Shown here one piece after another: positions 19,535-29,742 of a stretch of 45,197 nucleotides of DNA. The stretch lies in contig JAUCBJ010001708.1 in NCBI GenBank assembly GCA_032718475.1, positions 1 through 45,197 on the forward strand, in the 5' to 3' direction. Origin of the DNA: Nemertoderma westbladi (Eukaryota; Animalia; Xenacoelomorpha). A program made the translations under genes and the position numbers. The notes below the pieces were generated by a model. It searched no databases. It was not told the DNA's origin and saw nothing but the letters and a program-made list of their open reading frames with translations. Each line of letters opens with the position of its first letter. Position 1 is the stretch's first letter.

Positions 19535-21462
19535 CTACTACTACTAGGATCGGCATGCTGCATTGCAGCTGCATTTTTAAGAATGCTGTGCCGGCTTGTC
19601 AACAAAATTGCGCCGCCACAACTCCCTATCACCCATGACATTTGCTAGATCATCCGCATCTTTAAGGCCAGTGTCCTTTAAGATGCGTCTCAAGAAAGTC
19701 ATGGGCTGTCCACCATGCTTATTCACTCCATGAGGCTGCCAAAGTACAAGATTATGCACTGGCTGGTCCTCACGGCGAAAGCAATGTCCTGCAAAGCGGA
19801 GGCGATTTTGTTCTAGTGTCAAGCTTGGGGGAACCAATGAGACACCTCCAATGTTATATAGTGTCTGGTTGGAGATGTGTGCATTGTACTTGACACAATG
19901 TACCCGGCGTAGCATTCTTGTGAATGTGCCATCCAGAGATTTGGTGTCCTCAGCAGTTAGAGCCCAGCATGGACTCCCGTAGAGGAGTACTGGAACTACT
20001 GCTGCTCTAAATAATCGGACCTTAAGTTTCCGATTAATTCTAGGTGACTTCCAAATCCTGGAAAGCCTATTCAAGGCTGCCCATGCCTTTCCCTTACGTA
20101 TTCGAAGGTCCTCACCTGACTTCCGGATCCATGATCCCAGGTAACAGAAGTCGTCCACATGCTCAAGCATACCATCCTTTGAGCTTATGCTCATCCGATC
20201 AGAGACTTGCTGAGGACTTTCAAAGTTAACTGTCAGAATTTTGGTCTTTCTGGAGTTAATAAAAAGACCAACACTAGAAGCAGCATGTTCTAATGAGCTG
20301 AGGAGCCGCTGGGCTCCCTCTAATGATTCTGAGAGTACTCCTAAGTCATCAGCAAAGTCTAGATCAGTTAGGTACTTGGCAGGATTTCCTCGACTTCTGG
20401 AGCCAGTAGGTGGAGTTATCATCACCCCATCATCATTATGATGATCTAAGGACATGCGTAGAACATAGTCAACCACAATAATGAACAAGAATGGTGCAAG
20501 TGTGTCTCCTTGGAGGACGCCCCATAACACTTCAAATGGTTCTGTGTCACCGTCAACAGTAGACACAAATGTTGTCGAACCATTGTATACTGATCTGATT
20601 GCTGCAATAATTTCATCAGGAATCCCATATAATGAAAGTATGCTGAACATACGTGAGCGAGAGACTGAATCAAAGGCCTTGAAGAAGTCAACAAAGATAA
20701 CAGCCAGATGCCTGTCTTTCTTTTTTGATAACTCTTCAATTATCCTTCTAAGTGCCAAAATGGGCTCCATGGTCCCACGACCTTTACGGAACCCATTCTG
20801 ATTTCCACGTAGCAGTCTCTCAATGGGATCCCTGATGCGATTTAATAGAATTCTATTGTATAGTTTTGCAGCAATCGAGATCAATGAGATTCCCCGAAAA
20901 GAACCATAGAGTGTTAGGTTGCCCTTCTTGGGAACTGGCACCAACTTATTTGTTTTCATTTCTTGTGGGACTCTTGTTGTACGGTACATGTCTACTATGA
21001 TGGGATAGATGAGCTTTAAACACTCAGGTATTTTAAAGACCTCAGGGGGAACACCATCTACTCCACTGGCACGATTGGTCTTAATGCTCTTTGCAGCAGC
21101 CTTCACTTCTGCAAAGGAGATATCGCCAATGGGAATGTCTGGGAGTACAGACTCAGACACTTTTACTTCTATAAAGTTATCAGGCAATACCCTGTCATTA
21201 TTGAGGAGCTTTTCAAAGTGGGCTTTCCAACCATTGAGGCGATCGGCTGGTGATTCAGCCTTAACCTTGGTGGTTGGTTGGCTTTTCCGCCCAGTAAGCA
21301 GATTGATCGATTTACATGCCTGGGATGATTGCCTGCTGTCGTCAGCATCATTGATGGCATCAACCTGTTGGTTTATTAGCTCCTGTAGATTAACAGAGTA
21401 CTGCCTGTTCAGGGACCTAGATGCAGCTTTAACTGCATTCTTGGCCGGCCATTCTTGGCTCT
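19535..21462 (-). mobile_element. 5'-truncated RTE-clade non-LTR retrotransposon
   Basis: Stop-free RT frame from the truncation to 19577, short 3' UTR and (TAG)4 tail. 78-bp flanking direct repeat (19457-19534, 21463-21540). Confidence 0.93.
19577..21187 (-). CDS. Reverse transcriptase (RTE-type), N-terminally truncated
   Basis: FRGISL, QNGFRKGR, FVDFFKAFDSV, GVLQGDTLAPFLF, DLDFADD, FCYLGS, RLRFAGHC, DRELWR. The frame stays open upstream to about 21460. Confidence 0.95.
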   Translation of the reverse strand: MPDNFIEVKVSESVLPDIPIGDISFAEVKAAAKSIKTNRASGVDGVPPEVFKIPECLKLIYPIIVDMYRTTRVPQEMKTNKLVPVPKKGNLTLYGSFRGISLISIAAKLYNRILLNRIRDPIERLLRGNQNGFRKGRGTMEPILALRRIIEELSKKKDRHLAVIFVDFFKAFDSVSRSRMFSILSLYGIPDEIIAAIRSVYNGSTTFVSTVDGDTEPFEVLWGVLQGDTLAPFLFIIVVDYVLRMSLDHHNDDGVMITPPTGSRSRGNPAKYLTDLDFADDLGVLSESLEGAQRLLSSLEHAASSVGLFINSRKTKILTVNFESPQQVSDRMSISSKDGMLEHVDDFCYLGSWIRKSGEDLRIRKGKAWAALNRLSRIWKSPRINRKLKVRLFRAAVVPVLLYGSPCWALTAEDTKSLDGTFTRMLRRVHCVKYNAHISNQTLYNIGGVSLVPPSLTLEQNRLRFAGHCFRREDQPVHNLVLWQPHGVNKHGGQPMTFLRRILKDTGLKDADDLANVMGDRELWRRNFVDKPAQHS

Positions 21463-24400
21463 TCTTTCTCTGGGTAGCTGGGTAGTTAGGTAGGTGGGTA
21501 GCTGTTTCTCTGGATAGCTGGGTAGTTAGGTAGATGGGTAGCTGGGTAGTTAGGTAGCTGGGTATCTCTTTCTCTGGGTAGTTAGGTAGCTGGCTAGCTG
21601 TTTCTCTGGGTACCTAGTTAGGTGTTTAACTGGATAGTTAGGAAGCTGGGTAGCTCTTTCTCTGTGTAACTGGGTAGTTAGGTAGCTGGGTAGCTCTTTC
21701 TCTGGGTAGCTGAGTTGTTCAGTAGCTGGGTAGCTCTTTATCTGTGTAGCTGGGTAGTTAGGTAGCTGGGTAGCTGTTTCTCTGGATAGCTGGGTAGTTA
21801 GGTAGCTGGGTAGTTAGGTAGCTGGGTAACTGTTTTTCTTGGTAGCTAGTTAGCTGTTTAGCTGGGTAGCTCGTTTCTGTGTAGCTGGGTGGTCCTGGAC
21901 AGGTAGCTGGGTAGCTATTTCTTTGGGTAGTTAGGTAGCAGGGTAGCTGTTTCTCGGGATAGCTGGGTAGTTAGGTAGTTAGGTAGCTCTTTCTCTGGGT
22001 AGCTAGTTATCTGTTTAGCTGGGTAGTTAAATAGCTGGGTAGCTCTTTCTCTGGGTAGCTGGGTAGTTAGGTAGTAGCTGGGTAGTTAGGTACCTGGCTA
22101 GCTGTTTCTCTGGGTACCTAGTTAGGTGTTTAACTGGATAGTTAGGAAGCTGGGTAGCTCTTTCTCTGTGTAACTGGGTAGTTAGGTAGCTGGGTAGCTC
22201 TTTCTCTGGGTAGCTGAGTTCTTCAGTAGCTGGGTAGCTCTTTCTCTGTGTAGCTGGGTAGTTAGGTAGCTGGGTAGCTCTTTCTCGGGTATTTCGGTAG
22301 CTGGGTAGCTGTTTCTCTGGGTAGCTAGTTAGCTGTTTAGCGGGGTAGCTAGTTAGCTGTTTAGCTGGGTAGCTAGTTAGCTGTTTAGCTGGGTAGTTAG
22401 GTAGATCTTTCTCTGGGTAGCTGGGTAGCTCTTTCTCTGGGTAGCTGGGTAGTTAGGTAGCTGGGTAGCGCTTTCTCTGGGTAGTTAGGTAGCTGGGTAG
22501 CTCTTTCTCTGGGTAGCTGGGTAGTTAGGTAGGTGGGTAGCTGTTTCTCTGGATAGCTGGGTAGTTAGGTAGATGGGTAGCTGGGTAGTTAGGTAGCTGG
22601 GTAGCTGTTTCTCTGGGTAGCTAGTTAGCTGTTTAGCTGGGTAGTTAGGTAGGTGGGTAGCTGTTTCTCTGGGTAGCTGGGTAGTTATGTAGCTGGGTGG
22701 CTGTTTCTCTGGGTAGCTAGTTAGCTGTTTAGCTGGGTAGTTAGGTAGCTGGGTAGCTCTTTCTCTGGGTAGCTGGGTAGTTAGGTAGTAGCTGGGTAGT
22801 TAGGTAGCTGGCTAGCTGTTTCTCAGGGTACCTAGTTAGGTGTTTAACTGGATAGTTAGGAGCTGGGTAGCTCTTTCTCTGTGTAACTGGGTAGTTAGGT
22901 AGCTGGGTAGCTCTTTCTCTGGGTAGCTGAGTTGTTCAGTAGCTGTGTAGCTCTTGCTCTGTGTAGCTGGGTAGTTAGGTAGCTGGGTAGTTCTTTCTCT
23001 GAGTATTTCGGTAGATGGGTAGCTGTTTTTCTGGGTAGCTAGTTAGCTGTTTAGCTGGGTAGCTAGTTAGCTGTTTAGCTGGGTAGTTAGGTAGCTGGAT
23101 AGCTATTTCTCTGAGTAGCTGGGTAGCTCTTTCTCTGGGTAGCTGAGTAGTTAGGTAGCTGGGTAGCTCTTTATCTGTGTAGCTAGGTAGTTAGGTAGCT
23201 CTTTCTCTGGGTAGCTGGGTAGTTAGGTAGCTGGGTAGCTCTTTCTCTGCGTAGTTAGGTATCTGGATAGCTCTTTCTCTGGGTAGTTAGGTAGCTAGGT
23301 AGCTGTTTCTCTGGGTAGCTAGTTAGCTGTTTAGCTGGGTAGTTAGGTAGCTGGGTAGCTCTTTCTCTGGGTAGCTGGGTAGTTAGGTAGTTAGGTAGCT
23401 GGGTAGCTCTTTCTCTGGGTAGCTGGGTAGCTCTTTCTCTGGGTAGCTGGGTAGCTCTTTCTCTGGGTAGCTGGGTAGTTAGGAAGCTGGGTAGCTGTTT
23501 CTCTGGGTAGCTAGTTAGCTGTTTAGCTGGGTAGCTCCTTTCTGTGTAGTTGGGTGGTCAGGTAGCTGTTTCTCTGGGTACCTAGTTAGCTGTTTAGCTG
23601 GGTAGTTAGGTAGCTGGGTAGCTCTTTCTCTGGGTAGTTAGGTAGCTGGGTAGCTGTTTCTCTGGATAGCTGGGTAGTTAGGTAGCTGGGTAACTGTTTT
23701 TCTTGGTAGCTAGTTAGCTGTTTAGCTGGGTAGCTCGTTTCTGTTAGGTAGTTAGTTAGGTAGCTGGGTAGCTGTTTCTTTGTGTAGCTAATTAGTTGTT
23801 TACCTGGGTAGTTAGGTAGTTGGGTAGCTTTTTCTCTGGGTAGCTGGGTAGTTAGGTAGCTGGGTAGCTCTTTCTCTGGGTAGTTAGGTAGCTGGCTAGC
23901 TGTTTCTCTGGGTACCTAGTTAGGTGTTTAACTGGATAGTTAGGAAGCTGGGTAGCTCTTTCTCTGTGTAACTGGGTAGTTAGGTAGCTGGGTAGCTCTT
24001 TCTCTGGGTAGCTGAGTTGTTCAGTAGCTGGGTAGCTCTTTATCTGTGTAGCTGGGTAGTTAGGTAGCTGGGGAGCTCTTTCTCTGGGTATTTCGGTAGC
24101 TGGGTAGCTGTTTCTCTGGGTAGCTAGTTAGATGTTTAGCTGGGTAGCTAGTTAGCTGTTTAGCTGGGTAGTTAGGTAGCTGGGTAGCTCTTTCTCTAGG
24201 TAGCTGGGTAGCTCTTTCTCTGGGTAGCTGGGTAGTTAGGTAGCTGGGTATCTCTTTCTCTGTGTAGCTAGGTAGTTAGGTAGCTCTTTCTCTGGGTAGC
24301 TGGGTAGTTAGGTAGCTGGGTAGCTGTTTCTCTGGGTAGTTAGATAGTTGGGTAGCTCTTTCTCTGGGTAGCTGGGTAGTTAGGTAGCTAGGTAGCTGTT

Positions 24401-24931
24401 TCTCTGGGTAGCTAGTTAGCTGTTTAGCTGGGTAGTTAGGTAGCTGGGTAGCTCTTTCTCTGGTTAGCTGGGTAGTTAGGTAGCTGGGTAGCTCTTTCTC
24501 TGGGTAGTTAGATAGTTGGGTAGCTCTTTCTCTGGGTAGTTAGGTAGCTAGGTAGCTGTTTCTCTGGGTAGGTAGTTAGCTGTTTAGCTGGGTAGTTAGG
24601 TAGATGGGTAGCTCTTTATCTGGGTACCTGGGTAGTTGTAGCTTTTTCTCTGGATAGCTAGGTGGTTAGTTAGGTAGCTTTGTAGCTGTTTCTCTGGGTA
24701 GCTGTGTAGTTATAAGTACCTGGGTAGCTGTTTCTCTCGTTAGATGGGTAGTTATAGGTATCTGGGTAGCTCTTTCTCTGGGTAGTTAGGTAGCTAGGTA
24801 GCTGTTTCTCTGGGTAGCTAGTTAGCTGTTTAGCTGGGTAGTTAGGTAGCTCTTTCTCTGGTTAGCTGGGTAGTTAGGTAGCTGGGTAGCTCTTTCTCTG
24901 GGTGGCTGTCCTCGCAGACTGTATGTACTGT

Positions 24932-25420
24932 ACCTTTCTTCGCAGACTGTATGGTAGTGGCGCTTTTTAAAGCGACACCGTTCATCCAGCAGAGATTCGG
25001 TGGATCGGTTGTTGTGGACATAGGACGGGGCGTCAGCGTGAATGACCGCGATGTCAAACGACGCCACCCTCTGTGGTGTCCCTATTCCCCTCGCCACCAA
25101 GTCCGCCCGAACTCCCCCAACTTCGATCCCGGCGCTGTCTAGGTGGCCACGTGATAGGGTTACCTCCCGCTCTACACCCAATGGACCAATGGCAGATGAA
25201 AGAAGTTCACCAAACACTTCTCGAACCTCATCATGTCGTTTCACGATGAGCCCGCCTGACTTACAGCTCAGAGCGTGGGTTGTAGAAAACTCTCCTCCAC
25301 AACCCTCACACCTTGCGGGAAGCCCCGGGGGGGGGGGGGGGGGGGGGGGGGGGCAGGCCGTAACGTAGCGCGAGATTGTCCCGGAATTCCTCAGCGCTGA
25401 GGTCTGTGTGATCAAAAATG
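24932..25420 (-). mobile_element. CRE-clade zinc knuckle/RLE fragment, copy 2
   Basis: Identical to copy 1 at an offset of 7502 bp, except for a longer poly-G run. Confidence 0.82.
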
Positions 25421-28400
25421 TGTTTATAAGTGTTTCTCTGGGTAGTTAGATAGCTGGGTAGCTCTTTCTCTGGGTAGTTAGGTAGCTGGGTAGCTGTTTC
25501 TCTGGGTAGGTAGTTAGCTGTTTAGCTGGGTAGTTAGGTAGATGGGTAGCTCTTTATCTGGGTACCTGGGTAGTTGTAGGTGCCTGGATAGCTTTTTCTC
25601 TGGATAGCTAGGTGGTTAGTTAGGTAGCTTTGTAGCTGTTTCTCTGGGTAGCTGTGTAGTTATAAGTACCTGGGTAGCTGTTTCTCTCGTTAGATGGGTA
25701 GTTATAGGTACCTGGGTAGCTGTTTCTCTGGGTAGCTGTGTAGTTATAAGTACCTGGGTAGCTGTTTCTCTCGTTAGATGGGTAGTTATAGGTACCTGGG
25801 TAGCTGTTTCTCTGGGTAGCTGTTTAGCTGGGTAGTTAGGTTAGGTACCTGGGTAGCTGTTTAGCTGGGTAGTTAGGTACCTGGGTAGCTGTTTAGCTGG
25901 GTAGCTGTTTAGCTGGGTAGTTAGGTTAGGTTAGGTTTGCCTTTCCCTTTCCCTGTGTTGTACAGTAGCTAAACAAGTGAAATGTGCGTTGGGACAATAT
26001 TTTTAACATAGAAGAGTTAAATAATATGCTGGGGAATATATTAAATAATTAATATAAAGACCTGGAAGCGCTTTACTCGCCTATTATGTGTTTCTTCTTC
26101 CTCCTGTTATCCAGTGCATAATTTAATCATTCTGCGTTTCTTGATGCTTTGATATTATTGATCCTGCGTTTCACACATTTTATGAATAAAGGAGTGATTA
26201 ATAATAATAATAATAACAGTCGCGAAATTTAGGTACATGAAACCTCATTTAAATTTACTTTATACAGATTTTTGGCTTAAATTTTTATAATTCGTCACCA
26301 CCTATTAATAATGACACAACATCAGCCGTTGGCTCTCTTCTACTTACGTCATTGCTATTTTTATCACTGGACTCTGATAATACTTTACTCTCTCTTAATA
26401 ATACTGGGCGGGCCCTGGCATACTAAGGGATCAGCACACACACACTCTGATGCTCTGTGCCAGTGTATTCATTCCTTAGGTGAATGGCCTTTGTATGGAG
26501 GGCTGATGGAATTAACCAATGACAGCGCAGCATTAGCTGCATAATAATATATCACCAGTTTACTCTGTCTTTCTTCCCATTCTGTATGCCATTACATTTC
26601 ACTACACTGCACTATGTTATTGTTGTTGTAATGTCAGAATGTAGTAAATGCTGTACTGCCGTATGCTAATCTTAGTAATCTTACTGCTGTAGGCCTACTG
26701 CTGTACTGCTACCGGCTGACCGGTATGCCCTACTACTGTGATGAGGCCTACTGCTGTACTGTACCTTCAACTGTCAGTACTGTCACTCAGTTTTGTCAAA
26801 TCTGACTGTCTGAAGATCTGAAGATGGTCATTACTGCATTAGGCCTATCTTTGTACAGTTGTAAGATTATGAAGATGACAGATAAGATGATCATTATCCT
26901 TGTAAGATCTTTGTAAGTATCGCTGTACAGCTCTGCAGCTGTAGGCTGGAGGGTCGGATTTAGGTCTGCAGGGACTAACTGACTAACAGATTTAAGGCAG
27001 CATCTTTTGAATGAATCTACGTAGGTAGCTCCAACTCCAGGCCTTGTATCCAAAACTTTCTGACTTTAGATATATAGTTTAATTATTTCGCGTAGGCCTA
27101 CGTTCTACCGGTACCGGTACGGTCAGACGGTACGGTACATCTCCTTCTACTGTCTGACTGTTCTATACATTATAATAATAAATATTTTGCAGCACTGGTA
27201 TCTAGGCCTATCTATTTTGCATGCATGCATACCGGTACACTACAACAGTACAGTCAGACAGTAGGATAATTGTCCGCTTATCTTACTTAGTCGTGTAGTC
27301 GAGTATCGTAGCATTAGCTGATTAGGCCAAACTTCCAACTGTCCAAGGTCCAACCCACCAACCTTAACATAACTTTAACTTATATTTTGCAGTTCAGTGT
27401 CAGTACTTCAGTCAGTCAGTACTTCGAAATTAGTAGGTTCAGTATGCAGTACGGTACTTAGAAATTTTACATACCGGTACTGACATACTGACATACTGTC
27501 AGGCCCGTATGGCCACGATAAGACTGTATTTCTTACAGTCTTATCTGTATTGTCATTACCCTGTTACCGGTAGTCGGCAGACTGCCAGGGGTAGGTCTAC
27601 TTACCGGTACTGACTTAGTGCTGTAGTGCAAGTCTGAGCCGTGCTATCAATTTTCTGCGCCTGTCGCGCCGCGCTCTACATTTTCTGCGCGGCGCTGCGC
27701 TGCGCTCTCAATTTTCTGCGCCTGCTCCAAATTCTGGAAAAAATTGTGCGCCGAACGCGTTCGGCGTACATGCCCTACTTAGCAGAATGGGGATTTGGTG
27801 AGCATACAACAAAGTGAGAGTTAATTCAGTACCGGTAATTTAGTACATAAATATAATCCAATAATCAACATTGTTGAACGGTGTATGGGCAGATGCAGAT
27901 AGGGCGAGCCACGAAGTTGGCGGAGCCTTGGCGAACTGACACTGTTGGAGTAGGCCTATGTTCAATAATGGCAAATAGTTGTTGATGTAACGATTTCATT
28001 ACCGTAACATTCAAATAACTTTGTCAGATTTAAAGCTGTAGAATTGAAAATTTGTAGGCATAGGCCTAAATATGTCCTAAACTTGACATTAATTATTTAG
28101 CGACTTTTGACACCAACACTTCAACACAGCAACAGTCTCCTGCTAGATGGCTACATGTCTAAGCATTAAATGTCTTCCCATTACTTTGCTTTTAATCCGT
28201 TAAAGCGGAAACTTAGCAGAATTGTAGACCATTAGCTGTGTCATTTAAGTTACAACAAATTATAGATATGGCTGTATGGATACCTGCAGACCTGCCAGCC
28301 TGCACAAGCAATCCTCAGGGCCTAGCCTTTTAGCTGTAAGCAGGCTCCCAAATGGCAGACAATTAGACAATTTGTCAACAACAATAACAAACAACCCCTC

Positions 28401-29742
28401 CGCCCTGGTCAGCTGGTAGCCAATGGGAGAACCTGGTGCGCATTTTTAGTAATTACAGGTAGGTAGCAGGTACGTTAATGTCATGTAGTATTACAGTACC
28501 GGTATTATATAGTTGGACCAAAATGAGATGGTGGGGATTCAGGTCAGTGTGTAGAAGTGTGTATCCTCCTATTATAAGTGTATCAATGTGTATCCAATAA
28601 TACTGTAATAGTGATCACTGGGGTCAAGGTCAACACTTTATTAATTAATTGTGAACAAGACGAGTGAACAAGACATGTTTGGGGGGGGGGGGGGGCAGTG
28701 CCCCCAACAGCCCAAAGCCCCCCCCCCCCCCTCCCCGCACGATACGGGCCTGCATACTGTCTGACTGTAGCTCTTTACATTTTTTTTTATACTTAATGGT
28801 CTGATAGTGGATAGTGTAATCTGTAATGGGAGTACCCGTCTTTACACCATCTGCACATTTTACAGTTGAATGCATGATACCATGAATACCATGAACATAG
28901 TTATTATTATTTTATTTACTCCCAGTTTTTCACAATTATTATATTATATATTAGGCCTATTCTGCTATTCCTGAATTCAATTTATAATTGCGTGCCTTTG
29001 TGCAGTAAACTGGTAAATGTTGATGAATTAGAATAAGAATAGGTTGCGGGAGCCGGGCTGCGTGGACCTCTAGGGGTTTCCGGTATTAATCAGTATGCTA
29101 AGGGCACAGGGAAGAATGATATTGAAAATATATTTCTATGATATGATCCTAAGATTAATAACATCGAAACCGCACTGGAATACATTACGTTTTATTGATT
29201 ATATTCTAGTTTAAAATTGGCGTAACGGTCGTGACTGAAATGGACAAGCTTTTTAGAGACACCTACACATTATAAATTTCTATCGAATTTACTGTACTTA
29301 TTTAGTGTCACTTACAGACTTATGTCAGACTAACATGTTAATAGAGAGAGTTTCAAATGAAATTAACAGTATGGCAATATAGTACCATTAGAGAATGTGG
29401 CAATCAATTAACCAGTGTAATGGTCGTGACCATTATTGTAGCATTATTATCAATCCAATGGTACGGATATACATATATGACATATGTACCGCAGTACCGG
29501 TAGATGGTATAGTTATACACTATACTTTACCGGTACTTTTTTTTACTTATAATAATTAACTTCGTCATATTTTGATGGGCCAATGGATAAACATTGGGAG
29601 TTGCTTTTTTGTGCCAAACATGTGTAATGCTGTAGTATTTAATCTCTAATCTTCTAATGTTTCCAGTCTATTTAATAGGCAGTTACTTAAAACTTGTATG
29701 TAAATGTAAAAATATAATGTAATTGTATTATTACCATTCAAC

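Larger units (their letters stand above)
16467..25935. repeat. About 9.5-kb complex satellite built from GGGTAGTTAGGTAGCT, CTTTCTCTGGGTAG and AGTTAGCTGTTTAGCT modules
   Basis: Continuous G/T-rich modular array with kb-scale internal duplications, ending in (TTAGG)3. Interrupted by RTE and CRE insertions. Confidence 0.97.

Noticed and set aside
26736-26760. Hammerhead-like TGATGAGGCC
   Set aside because: It lacks the leading C of CUGAUGA, a closing stem II and GAAA.
27640-27780. TTTTCTGCGC repeats and the palindrome CGCCGAACGCGTTCGGCG
   Set aside because: Probably one end of a DNA transposon, but no partner terminus was found, so it was not called.
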